Below are positions 1 to 9,525 of a DNA stretch of 32,752 nt, in pieces (within the stretch, counting starts at the first letter, position 1; the number at the start of each line of letters is the position of its first letter). Below the pieces are notes generated by a model. It had not been told where the DNA came from and did not search any database. It saw only the letters and a program-made list of their open reading frames with translations. Location of the stretch: positions 1-32,752 of the forward strand of contig JAFGOA010000117.1 of assembly GCA_016926735.1 (NCBI GenBank), read 5' to 3'. This DNA is from Promethearchaeota archaeon. Its GTDB lineage: Archaea; Asgardarchaeota; Lokiarchaeia; Sigyniarchaeales; SOKP01. Made by a program: the position numbers and the translations under genes.

Positions 1-1
1 G

Positions 2-33
<32 letters not shown>

Positions 34-60
34 TTTCACTAAAAAAAAAGGATTAATACA

Positions 61-522
61 ATGAAAAAAATATTAATAGCTCATAATTCTCGAAATGGGA
101 ATTCAAAACAATTAGCAGACGAATTTGCTAAAAGTTATAAAGATATCTTTGAGGTTGATATTAAACGAATTGAAGACATAGATCAACAAGATCTAAATCC
201 AGAATTACATGCACTAATTCTTGCAACTCGCGTTGAAGCATTTGGAACAGATAGACTCATGAGATCATTCCTTGAAAGAATTGATTCATATAGAGAAAGT
301 CCAATACCTAAAATTGGGGTTTTTTTTACACATTCAATGAAATGGAAAAAATTATTTAAAAAAGGCCTTGATAAAACAATTAAAAAACTAAATAATTTTA
401 CAAATATGTATCATGAATTCTTAGAAGTTAGACTATATGGTATGAGAGGACCCATACGTGAGGGTCAAGAAGAAAAAATAAATAATTTTATCCAAAATTT
501 AAAAGAATATATAGAAAATTAA
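61..522 (+). CDS. Flavodoxin-like protein
   Basis: N-terminal KILIAHNSRNGNSKQLA resembles the flavodoxin phosphate-binding loop (S-x-x-G-N-T/S); 153-aa alpha/beta pattern; AGGA upstream of ATG. Confidence 0.7.
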   Translation: MKKILIAHNSRNGNSKQLADEFAKSYKDIFEVDIKRIEDIDQQDLNPELHALILATRVEAFGTDRLMRSFLERIDSYRESPIPKIGVFFTHSMKWKKLFKKGLDKTIKKLNNFTNMYHEFLEVRLYGMRGPIREGQEEKINNFIQNLKEYIEN

Positions 523-539
523 AAAATATATTCTGACTT

Positions 540-2111
540 CTATTTCTTTTTTAAATACTCTGAAGGAAGTGTATTTTCTGCTTCTTCAGCAAACTTTTTA
601 ACAGCAATCTTTGCTCTATTAAGAGATGATAATGATCCAGGTCCACCTATACACCCAAAAGGACAAGCCATACCTTCAACAACTAAAGGTTTAGGATCAT
701 ATTTTTCTGATTTTAGTTTTTTTAACATCTTAAGACATTCTGCCAGAGTATCTGCGTTTATATGAGTGATATCACAATTTTTTTCACTTTCTGGAAGTAA
801 AGCACGTGTTTGTTGAATAATCGCTTGGGCAACTCCTCCTGCAACCGGAAAATTTCTCCCTATGCTTGAAGCATCATTGATAGATTCTTCTTCAGTTAAA
901 TCTACAGGATCAATATCAAAAGCTTGAAATACAGCAACTAATTCTTCAAAAGTCATAACAAAATCTACTAAAGATTTAACCTCTGGAATAAAACATTCCT
1001 CTTTTTTCGCAATACAAGGACCTATAAACACAACTATTCCCTCTGGATCTTTATTTTTTATAACTCGTGCTGTCTCAACCATTGGAGCAAACGATTCAGA
1101 AATATTATTTTTCGCAAGATTAGGAAAATGATGATCAGCACACATTTTCCAAGAGGTACAACAACTGGTACCTATAAAGTTTCTTTGATCTTTGGAGATA
1201 TGAGGTTCTTTTTTTTGTTTAATTAGTTTAACTAATTCTTCAGCTTCCTTTAATACAACTTTATCTGCTCCTAAAGCGACTTCTTTTATATCAAGAAACC
1301 CCATTTTTAATAATGCACTATGTATTTTTGCTGGAGTGGCTAAAGGTCCAAATTGATTAATAAAAGCTGGAGCTATTTCAGCATATACTCTTTTTCCCTT
1401 CTTAATGGCTGTTATTATTTGGACAATCTCAGATTTTTCCCCTATTGCTCCAAATGGACATGAAACAATGCACATACCACATGAAACACATAAATTGTAA
1501 TTTATATCTGCAAAGCCATAGTCATCAGAAGTAATTGCTTTTACACCACATGCTGCAGCACATGGTCTTTCTCGATAGGCTATTGCATTATATGGACAAA
1601 CTTGAGCACATCTCCCACACCGAATACATTTCGATTGGTCAATGAATGATTTACCTTTTTGTATAGAAACAGCATTTTTTGGGCACACTGATGTGCAAGG
1701 ATGAGCAATACATCCTCTACAGAGATCAGTAACTATAAAAGAATGTTCTGGACAGCGTTCACATCCCGCTTTAATCACATTCACAATAGGTCGCTTTAAT
1801 ATCTTCGAGTCTGTAATTGTATTTATTACATCATCATCATGAATTGGTCCATGTGCTCCAAATTCTTTTAATTCCATTCCAAATGCAAGTCTTATTCTTT
1901 CTCTCACAATTGCTCTTTCTTTAAAAACAGATTCTCTGTATGTAGGAATATCTTTATCGATTATTTGATATGGAATATATTCAATATTTCGCGGAGGTTG
2001 ATCTTCAACTATCATTCTGGCAACTGCTGCCAAAACCTTCCTCCTTATTTCAGTAACAGGAGTATAAATCCCTCGCATCTTTTCGAAAATATTTAAATCC
2101 TTTTTTCCCAT
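540..2111 (-). CDS. Monomeric [FeFe]-hydrogenase, group B-like, with N-terminal 4Fe-4S ferredoxin domains
   Basis: H-cluster motifs P1 TSCCTSW, P2 GPCIAKKEE, P3 EGMACPFGCIGGPG; IAPAF motif; FeS motifs CERC, CRGCIAHPCTSVCP, CIRCGRCAQVCP, RPCAAACG, CVSCGMCIVSCP. Confidence 0.92.
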   Translation of the reverse strand: MGKKDLNIFEKMRGIYTPVTEIRRKVLAAVARMIVEDQPPRNIEYIPYQIIDKDIPTYRESVFKERAIVRERIRLAFGMELKEFGAHGPIHDDDVINTITDSKILKRPIVNVIKAGCERCPEHSFIVTDLCRGCIAHPCTSVCPKNAVSIQKGKSFIDQSKCIRCGRCAQVCPYNAIAYRERPCAAACGVKAITSDDYGFADINYNLCVSCGMCIVSCPFGAIGEKSEIVQIITAIKKGKRVYAEIAPAFINQFGPLATPAKIHSALLKMGFLDIKEVALGADKVVLKEAEELVKLIKQKKEPHISKDQRNFIGTSCCTSWKMCADHHFPNLAKNNISESFAPMVETARVIKNKDPEGIVVFIGPCIAKKEECFIPEVKSLVDFVMTFEELVAVFQAFDIDPVDLTEEESINDASSIGRNFPVAGGVAQAIIQQTRALLPESEKNCDITHINADTLAECLKMLKKLKSEKYDPKPLVVEGMACPFGCIGGPGSLSSLNRAKIAVKKFAEEAENTLPSEYLKKK

Positions 2112-2176
2112 AGAGTCACTCGTTTATTTTGGTAATCTCGTTATTAATTAAATAAATACATATATTTGTTTTTCAT

Positions 2177-2419
2177 TCATTTAGAAATAAAGTTTTCTAT
2201 CAAATTCATCATACAATCTGCGGTTATCTTTTTATAAATCTTGTCATTGATTTTAATCACGGGGCTGTTCTCTGCTGTATCGCCACATTCATTTAAACAA
2301 TTTACACATTTTATTTCACAATTTTTTTTATACTTCTCATTATTCTCCAAAATATCCAAGAGTTCTTGCCCTCCATGAGCTAAACAATTTAAACCACAAC
2401 ATATTTCTATTTTAATCAT
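2177..2419 (-). CDS. Thioredoxin-fold [2Fe-2S] ferredoxin (NuoE/HydC-like small subunit)
   Basis: ICCGLNCLAHGG...CVNCLNEC...SPVIKIND pattern; AGGAGG upstream; co-oriented 65 nt upstream of the hydrogenase. Confidence 0.8.
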   Translation of the reverse strand: MIKIEICCGLNCLAHGGQELLDILENNEKYKKNCEIKCVNCLNECGDTAENSPVIKINDKIYKKITADCMMNLIENFISK

Positions 2420-2732
2420 TGATTTTCCTCCTTTATCTTTAAATGGTAATGATTTTTATATTATTTGATTAAAGAATCCAATAATGAAAATAATTAGTAT
2501 TAGGAAAAATAAATAATTATGGTTCCTTTGTCTAAATTCTACAAAATTGATAGAATATTAATTTGATTTAGTATATGAATAATTTAACTATTGCAATAAG
2601 AGATCAATATCTATTCTGAATAATTTGATTGTCCATATCCCCTTTATATGAAATAATAATCAAATTGAATTATATTTATTCTTTTTAATATCTATTATAT
2701 TAAAAAACAATTATAAAACGAGTAATTTAATA

Positions 2733-3413
2733 ATGCAAAGAGAAGGAAAATCAAAAAAAAATAATTTCAAATTACCTGAAGTTATTTTTATCTCATTAAT
2801 AAGTATAACTAACTTTATTTTAGATCTTCTCGTAAGTCCTGTACTAAAATTAGTTCTAACTCACATTATTGCAGGATTAATCATTATGGTCCCTCTTAAT
2901 TTTCTGTTATTATATCTAACGAGGAATATTGTTGATAAAAAAGGAACTTGTACTCTTTATCTTACAATTTTTGGATTAATTTCTATTCCAAGTCCTCTAT
3001 TTGGAGGTGTTGCGGGACCTTATAAAATCTTAGTAGGTTTTTGTATTGGGGTTATATTGGATCTCGTATTTATCATAAAGAAAAACATTCTAAGAATAAT
3101 TTGCATTGGAATCATCGGATCTATTATATGGTGGACAATTACCTTCTCTATTTGGGAATTATTCGATTTACCTTTTGTAACTGCTTTTTCTAATTTACTT
3201 AATGCAACAAATCCTAATTTTAATGGAATCTTAGATTTTTCTGCCTTATTAAATCTTCCTATAAATGGTTTTGGGATTGATTTCTTTATTTTTTCCTTGT
3301 TATGTGGTTTAGTATCATCAATTCCCGTTATATTGTGTTCTTCCATTGGATATTATATCTTTAAAAAAATTGAACCTACTGCTGTTTATCAACGGTTTCA
3401 AATTATTCAATAA
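2733..3413 (+). CDS. ECF transporter substrate-specific (S) component, putative
   Basis: About 6 hydrophobic helices, 226 aa, with IVDKKGT..L and GVILDL motifs typical of S components; first gene before the ECF ATPase and T component. Confidence 0.65.
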   Translation: MQREGKSKKNNFKLPEVIFISLISITNFILDLLVSPVLKLVLTHIIAGLIIMVPLNFLLLYLTRNIVDKKGTCTLYLTIFGLISIPSPLFGGVAGPYKILVGFCIGVILDLVFIIKKNILRIICIGIIGSIIWWTITFSIWELFDLPFVTAFSNLLNATNPNFNGILDFSALLNLPINGFGIDFFIFSLLCGLVSSIPVILCSSIGYYIFKKIEPTAVYQRFQIIQ

Positions 3414-3459
3414 AAAAAAATTATTTCTTTATTACTTATAAAGTATTATTACTCTCAAA

Positions 3460-4200
3460 ATGTATGATAATAATTCAAATATCTCCTCAAACATACTTGT
3501 AGAAGCAAAAGATCTTTCATTCGCTTATAAAAAAAATTATTGGATCTTAAGAAATATAAATCTTATAATAAGAGAAAGAGAAATTATTGGTTTAGTTGGA
3601 GATTCGGGTTCAGGAAAAACGACTTTTGCTTATATATTGAAAGGAATAATTCCCCAAGTTTTTAAAGGTTATCTTAAAGGTAATGTTTATATTAATGGAT
3701 TAGATATAAAAAAAACAAAAATCGCTAATATTGCAAAAAATATAGGAATGGTTTTTCAAGATTTAAATTCGCAGTTATTTAGTAATACTGTTAAAGAAGA
3801 AATCTTATTTGGATTACAGAATTTAAAACTGAATTTAGCGTGGGCAGATGAAGCAATGAATTTTTTAGATATTATATCTTTAGGTAATGAAATTCCAATG
3901 AATTTATCTGCGGGACAAAAACAAAGAGTAATATTAGCATCTATTATAGCGACCAAACCAAAATTATTGATTTTAGATGAACCTTCAGCCCATCTTGACT
4001 ATAAAGGTAAATTTGCTCTTATAAGCACATTAAAAAGAATAAATTCAGAATATGATACAACCATCCTATTAATAAGTCAAGATCCATGGATAATTGGGGA
4101 ATTATGTAATAACATTCTTTATCTTCATAATTCCACAATAGATTGTATTCCGACCAAACAAAAGATACAAAAAAGTCCACAATGGAGTTGGATTCTATGA
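3460..4200 (+). CDS. ecfA: ECF transporter ATP-binding (A) component
   Basis: Walker A GDSGSGKTT, Q-loop GMVFQD, signature LSAGQKQR, Walker B LLILDEP; QLFSNTVKEEILFG typical of EcfA/CbiO. Confidence 0.88.
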   Translation: MYDNNSNISSNILVEAKDLSFAYKKNYWILRNINLIIREREIIGLVGDSGSGKTTFAYILKGIIPQVFKGYLKGNVYINGLDIKKTKIANIAKNIGMVFQDLNSQLFSNTVKEEILFGLQNLKLNLAWADEAMNFLDIISLGNEIPMNLSAGQKQRVILASIIATKPKLLILDEPSAHLDYKGKFALISTLKRINSEYDTTILLISQDPWIIGELCNNILYLHNSTIDCIPTKQKIQKSPQWSWIL

Positions 4201-4805
4201 ATAATAAAAAAAATTTAACTAATAATTACAAAAGCTATAAATATGGAATTCATCCTTTACTTAAATTAATAGGATTAATCTTCTTGAATTTAATTGCATT
4301 TACAACTTTTTTTAAGTTTATAAAACTATATATTTTAATTTTTGAGCTTTTCTTGGGATTTTTGATAAAAATACCTATTAGAAAATTAAAAGGGCTTCTA
4401 AATATCTTACTGATTAATTTCATCAGCTTATACTTTCTATTTTATTTTATTAATTTTAATTTTTTAGATGCTTTTTTTATCTTTATTGACTATACATTAA
4501 TGATTCTTATTATGTTGCTTGCCACTTTCATCTTTTATCATATAACTCCTCCTTATGAATTACTTATTGCTTTAAAAAAATTGAGAATAAGTACTAAATT
4601 CGCAGTAGCTATTACAATTTCATTAGGATTCCTCCCTATGATGACTCAAATTATTAGACAAATATTAGCATTCCAACGAGCTCGTGGATATAAAATAAGA
4701 TTATGGAATTTAGGGCCTCTTCTAATTCCAATTTTTTTAGCAATTTTAGATCTATCAATAAATCTCTCACTGTCGTTAGATAGTAGAGGATTTAAGAAAA
4801 GTTAA
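4197..4805 (+). CDS. ecfT: ECF transporter transmembrane (T) component
   Basis: HPLLKL N-terminal motif and two coupling motifs, QRARG and LDSRGF; ATG at 4197 overlaps the ecfA stop (ATGA), so it is a more likely start than 4143. Confidence 0.85.
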   Translation: MNNKKNLTNNYKSYKYGIHPLLKLIGLIFLNLIAFTTFFKFIKLYILIFELFLGFLIKIPIRKLKGLLNILLINFISLYFLFYFINFNFLDAFFIFIDYTLMILIMLLATFIFYHITPPYELLIALKKLRISTKFAVAITISLGFLPMMTQIIRQILAFQRARGYKIRLWNLGPLLIPIFLAILDLSINLSLSLDSRGFKKS

Positions 4806-5024
4806 TATCTTTTAACTTATGGTATTTAAAGATTTACAGTTAAACTCAAATATATCAATCCAATTTGCTAAAAATAATTCTTGTGAGAAAATGTAATCAA
4901 AAAAAATGATAATGATTTAGTATAGAACGATTTTTTGCTTAATTATATAATTTCAAATCTATATAGATCCAATAACTATTAAATTTAAAAAAATTAATAT
5001 ATAAATAAAAATCTTAAAATAAAA

Positions 5025-5729
5025 ATGAAAAAACGTTATTCTCTAATTTTAATAATCATAGGGTCATTAAGTCCTTTATTATTTTCGACTTGGATTCCTT
5101 ATATTCTTCCTGAGAGAGTACAACTGGATGAAATTCAAACATATCAAGATAGTTCGGGGTTAATTCCAAAACAGTATATTGTACATATGACTCAAGGTAA
5201 TGCATATACAATTAGTGCTGATCCTTCTGGATATTATTATTCTTTTGATGTTGGGATAAAAATTGGAGATTCTCCATATATGATAACGGGTTATACTGTT
5301 GATGAGGCAGGAGAAGATGATATAGAGATTATGAATTTTATAGCTACAAGAACCGGAGATTATTATATTCAAATTTTTACTACTGGTTTCGGATTTTTTG
5401 ACTTTATTGTTGAATCTGGATTATCAGCATCAGCAACAGGACCTAATGTTGAATTTTTTGATTCTATTTATTTATTGGTTCTAATATTACCTAGTGTTAT
5501 AATATTTGTAATTGCTGTTATAATCTATGTTGTAATAAAGAGACAACCAAAAATCTCCTATCAAATCACACCAATAAGTCCAAGTCTTAATCCTTATAGA
5601 ACATCGTCAAATAAAGAAAGTATAAGTAATCTTGGTAAAAAAAAAATAAAATTCTGTGAATTTTGTGGAAGTATGTTGGATGAATCTTCAAATATATGTC
5701 CTCAATGTAGAGCCCCCATTATGAGATAA
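5025..5729 (+). CDS. Membrane protein with extracellular beta domain and cytoplasmic C-terminal zinc ribbon
   Basis: N-terminal signal/TM segment; beta-rich segment (ATRTGDYYIQI, PPC-like); second TM; C-terminal FCEFCG-x8-CPQC. Confidence 0.7.
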   Translation: MKKRYSLILIIIGSLSPLLFSTWIPYILPERVQLDEIQTYQDSSGLIPKQYIVHMTQGNAYTISADPSGYYYSFDVGIKIGDSPYMITGYTVDEAGEDDIEIMNFIATRTGDYYIQIFTTGFGFFDFIVESGLSASATGPNVEFFDSIYLLVLILPSVIIFVIAVIIYVVIKRQPKISYQITPISPSLNPYRTSSNKESISNLGKKKIKFCEFCGSMLDESSNICPQCRAPIMR

Positions 5730-5815
5730 GATCTATATCAAAATATTTTCATTTAAATTCTTTTTTTTATTATGATTATAGTTCAACGACAAAAAATAAA
5801 GAAAAAAAAAAAAGA

Positions 5816-6568
5816 TCATTCTTGACTTTTTGGTCTAATGTATCCTAAATATGCTCCAATTAAGGATATTATTGCAAAAGTCCATCCTGCATAATAAAAA
5901 ACAGTATAACCCACAATGTCTTGAACTATTATCAAAACTCTATCAATGGATTGGCAAATTAATATTAAAATAAAAGATATTGCCATTATCATAAGTGAAT
6001 AAAAAGCCATTTTATATTTTTTTTCCTCAACTTCTTTAGAAGCTGATAAACAGCTTTTCATGAAAGGAAAATAGATCATAAACATATATGCGCTAACTAT
6101 TAGAAAAGCAATAAGATCATATATTAATTCTCCCTTAAAAAACACAAGAAAAATAAATAAAGTTCCAATTGTTCCATAAAGGATAACAAATATTCTTTGG
6201 ACTTTATTATATTCTTTTTCGAATAGGTTTACTTTAAGAACATATGATATAAAGATAGCAATCATTAGAAAGACAAAAGTAAATCTAAATTCTGTGATTC
6301 TCAATAATATCCATGAAGTTAATGTCCCTGGATCTGGAACAAGATCATCCATAAGATAATCCAATCCAGAATATAATTGTAACACTTTAGATAACCAAGA
6401 AAATATAATTGAAATTGTCATACACAAGAATATTAAAAAAAGATATAACGTAAGTTTCTGTCTTTTTTTCCTTAATTTTAAAAAAACTAAAATAAGTATT
6501 ACAAATGCAATTAAAATTATACCTGTCTCGAAAACCATGCCATTAAAAATAAGATCTGCTTTAGACAT
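5816..6568 (-). CDS. Seven-TM integral membrane protein of unknown function
   Basis: Seven hydrophobic segments in 250 aa with short loops; no recognisable catalytic motif. Confidence 0.7.
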   Translation of the reverse strand: MSKADLIFNGMVFETGIILIAFVILILVFLKLRKKRQKLTLYLFLIFLCMTISIIFSWLSKVLQLYSGLDYLMDDLVPDPGTLTSWILLRITEFRFTFVFLMIAIFISYVLKVNLFEKEYNKVQRIFVILYGTIGTLFIFLVFFKGELIYDLIAFLIVSAYMFMIYFPFMKSCLSASKEVEEKKYKMAFYSLMIMAISFILILICQSIDRVLIIVQDIVGYTVFYYAGWTFAIISLIGAYLGYIRPKSQE

Positions 6569-6662
6569 TTTTTATCAGATTAAAAATTCTTAATATTACT
6601 ATCATGACGATAATCGCATTATTTAATATTTATCTTCTTTTAAATCTATTTTAGACTAAAAC

Positions 6663-6971
6663 CTAAATGTATTTCCAAGTGTCAATAATTATTTGATATT
6701 CAACATAACCATCATGAATTTTTGAATGAGGATCATTATTCTGGGTATCTATTTTAATTATACTTCCTGTAAACTGAATATAATCCAAATTTTCTATTGG
6801 TTCTTTAGAATATGCTACAATTTGATGAGTTTCATCCAAATCTATATAAGTTGTATATGGATGATCCAATACAAAAGTAGAAAAATGTTGCCACATGATA
6901 TTAGAAACCTTTCCTTCTAAAGTCACTTTTTTTCCAATAAAATCTTCAAAATTAATTAATTCTTTTTTCAT
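6663..6971 (-). CDS. Small hypothetical protein, possibly OB-fold
   Basis: GKKVTLEGKV...IQFTGSI beta-strand pattern; normal composition. Confidence 0.55.
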   Translation of the reverse strand: MKKELINFEDFIGKKVTLEGKVSNIMWQHFSTFVLDHPYTTYIDLDETHQIVAYSKEPIENLDYIQFTGSIIKIDTQNNDPHSKIHDGYVEYQIIIDTWKYI

Positions 6972-7072
6972 AGAATAAATTTAAGAGATTTATTTGTTTG
7001 CTAAAGATAATATCTAATATTATTTAATTAACTTTTTTGATTTTGAATTCTTAAATTTATATAGAATACCTT

Positions 7073-7645
7073 ATGATGGAATTTATTATTAATAAATATC
7101 TTAAGCTCAGACTAGAAGACCAAAAAACATTTATTTATGTAAATAATATGAAAGTTCTACAATGTAAATACCTATTATTAAACAATTTTATCGATAATAT
7201 AGAAAACAATCCCTATACTATCAAAAAGATATCTATTGATGAACAAGCAGAAAACTTGGATAATTCATTAGAACGAGAAGATCTCTATTCTATAGATATA
7301 TCTCCAGAAACAGAATTTTGGGCGCATTCCTCAAATTTACAAGCATGGTATGAAAATAATTATAATTCTAACGTACTTCATTCAAATCTAGCTTTTCCTC
7401 TTTTGAGAAGATTGTCGAGAGCAGGGGATATAAAAGCAAAAAAAGTCTTTAAGGATGAGATTATTAATCGATTTAGAAATGGAAATTTAAATGTTATGAC
7501 TTTTTTAATAAAAGAAGGGTATTTGGATGAATTGGATATTGAAGTATCTGATCTACTTTATCAAGAATTAGATTTTGAAACTTATAAAATACTTAAAAAT
7601 AAGCTCAAGGAAAGCAATAAAAATAAAGAAAGATTTATTTTTTAA
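7073..7645 (+). CDS. Lokiarchaeia-type conserved hypothetical domain (usually found N-terminal to LRRs), stand-alone
   Basis: EFIINKYLKLRLE, QCKYLLLN, EFWAHSSNLQAWYENNY, LHSNLAFPLLRRL motifs recalled from an expanded lokiarchaeal family; not verified by search. Confidence 0.6.
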   Translation: MMEFIINKYLKLRLEDQKTFIYVNNMKVLQCKYLLLNNFIDNIENNPYTIKKISIDEQAENLDNSLEREDLYSIDISPETEFWAHSSNLQAWYENNYNSNVLHSNLAFPLLRRLSRAGDIKAKKVFKDEIINRFRNGNLNVMTFLIKEGYLDELDIEVSDLLYQELDFETYKILKNKLKESNKNKERFIF

Positions 7646-7697
7646 AGAAGAAATTAAAAATTATTTATCAAAAATTCATTCTCACTATTTCTTAATC

Positions 7698-8693
7698 TTA
7701 AAGAGAATTTTTTTTAATAAAATCAATCAAATCTTCCACCTTTGCATAAGCTAAAGCAGTGACAGTATCAGCAGCACCATAATAAATTGCGATACGTCCT
7801 GTATCAGAATCTACCAATGCGGAACATGGAAAAACTACATTAGGTGTATCTCCAACACATTCATATAGCGTTTGAGGTGACATCAAATATGGCTCGGTTC
7901 TATAGAGTATTTTCCATGGTTTTTCAAGATCCAAAATAGCCGCTCCCATACTATATGTATATCCATTACATGAGGTTAATACGCCATGATAAATCATCAG
8001 CCAGCCTTCATCTGTTTCTATAGGAATAGGCCCAGCTCCAACTTTTGTTGATTGCCAAGTAAATGGAAGTGTTGTCATCACATGTCTATGATATCCCCAA
8101 TGAACCATATCTGGGCTTGCACTATAAAAAATATCTCCAAAAGGTGTATGTCCATTATCACTTGGACGACTAAGCATTGCATATTTGTTATTAATTTTAC
8201 ATGGAAATAAAACACCATTTCTATTAAAAGGTAAGAATGCATTTTCTAATTGATAGAATGTTTCAAAATCATATGTATATCCGACTCCTATTGTAGGCCC
8301 ATGATAACCATTGCACCAAGTAATATAATATTTATCGTCTAATTTAACAACTCGAGGATCATATCCATATATAAAATTGTTAATTTCCTCATCTTCACAA
8401 ATGAATGTAATTGGTTCATTGTCTATGTTCCATGAAATTCCATCTTCACTAAAACCTCTGTGTATTTGCATTTTTCTTGATTTAGTATCTGCTCGAAAAA
8501 CACCTGCAAACGTCCCTTTATATGGTACTATGGCACTATTAAAAATACTATTAGAAGATGGGATAAGGTCTCTTGGAATTATTGGATTCTTATCAGACCT
8601 CCAAATTACATCTTTACAATTTTTTGGACAATCTTCCCAAGGTATATTTGGAAGAGGATCTCCTACTATTTTTATCTTTGAATTAGTTTCCAT
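7698..8693 (-). CDS. GH130 glycoside phosphorylase (beta-1,4-mannooligosaccharide phosphorylase-like)
   Basis: [69 protein letters not shown]. Confidence 0.93.
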   Translation of the reverse strand: METNSKIKIVGDPLPNIPWEDCPKNCKDVIWRSDKNPIIPRDLIPSSNSIFNSAIVPYKGTFAGVFRADTKSRKMQIHRGFSEDGISWNIDNEPITFICEDEEINNFIYGYDPRVVKLDDKYYITWCNGYHGPTIGVGYTYDFETFYQLENAFLPFNRNGVLFPCKINNKYAMLSRPSDNGHTPFGDIFYSASPDMVHWGYHRHVMTTLPFTWQSTKVGAGPIPIETDEGWLMIYHGVLTSCNGYTYSMGAAILDLEKPWKILYRTEPYLMSPQTLYECVGDTPNVVFPCSALVDSDTGRIAIYYGAADTVTALAYAKVEDLIDFIKKNSL

Positions 8694-8953
8694 TTCTTTA
8701 AAATCCCTTTAATTCATTAATATTTAATATTCTTTATATTTGAATAATATTAGTTTTTAATTTAAAAAATTATATAATTTCTGAAATTAAATTTCCATTT
8801 TTTTTCTCCTAAAAAACATTAACGCACGTTAAACTAATTGATATTATATGCTTTTCATTCGTTAAAATAATTATATCAAATGTTTAAAAGAATTAATGGA
8901 TTTGAGGTATAATTTAAAAATGAAAATATCAAAACCAATAGTAAAACAAATAG

Positions 8954-9379
8954 GATTTTTTTTATAAAACCTCGAGAAAAGTCGTGAATCATTGTATTTC
9001 TCATAATATTGGGGTGATTATCATCGGATATAATGAGAGATGGAAACAAGAGATACATATTGGGAAGAAAAATAATCAAAACTTCGTCTTCGTTCCCTTT
9101 CTAAAGCTTGTCCAACAAATCGAATATAAGGCAGAGATGATTGGGATTAAAGTCATTCGAACAAGTGAAGAGTATACCTCCCAGAAGTTTTCTTGTCGTG
9201 GTGTTGTTTGTAAGTCAAATCGGAAATATCGAGGCTTATATGTATGTAAGAATTGTGGAATGGTCTTAAATGCTGATGTGAATGCGTCAATAAATATTTT
9301 ACAAAAAAAAGTTCCTAAATCAAAATGGATAGGGGATAGAGGGTGTCTGAGCCGACCATTAGTGTTAGAAATTAGTTGA
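8954..9379 (+). pseudogene. tnpB: TnpB C-terminal fragment
   Basis: Reading frame DFFYKTSRKVVNHC...IIIGYNERWKQ...QIEYKAEMIGI...EEYTSQ...CKNCG..LNADVNASINIL; in-frame TAG at 8951-8953; N-terminal domains and RuvC-I absent; first Zn-finger pair degenerate (KFSC). Confidence 0.85.
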
Positions 9380-9390
9380 TTTTTAACCTA

Positions 9391-9423
9391 GGAATCTCAC
9401 TCCTTTTGGGGTGAGTAGTTCAA
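9391..9423 (+). repeat. IS200/IS605 right-end hairpin and cleavage motif
   Basis: GGAAT-CTCACTCC-TTTT-GGGGTGAG-TAG-TTCAA: 8-bp stem (one T:G pair) followed by TCAA. Confidence 0.8.
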
Positions 9424-9525
9424 AGTAAGTTACTTTTCATATAGTAACTACGCGATTATACACTTAACCATTTAAATACTTTGTAACATGTATTAACTAC
9501 AAGAAAGTAAGTAAAGGTGAAAAAT

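Larger units (their letters stand above)
8941..9423 (+). mobile_element. Truncated, non-autonomous IS200/IS605-family remnant (3' part of tnpB plus right end)
   Basis: tnpB 3' fragment followed by subterminal hairpin and terminal TTCAA; no tnpA or left end seen; left boundary approximate. Confidence 0.8.

Noticed and set aside
3020-3956. Antisense ORFs 3020-3346 and 3756-3956, and similar shadow ORFs elsewhere (5160, 6726, 8377, 10057, 10552, 14581, 15588, 17885, 26212, 26734, 29662, 29932, 30226, 32035)
   Set aside because: They lie opposite well-supported genes and show no motifs.
5816-6568. Possible rhodopsin (helio- or schizorhodopsin)
   Set aside because: No retinal-binding Lys in helix 7.
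8876-9079. 67-aa minus-strand ORF as a possible tnpA or toxin
   Set aside because: No HUH/Tyr or serine-recombinase motif; overlaps the tnpB remnant antisense.
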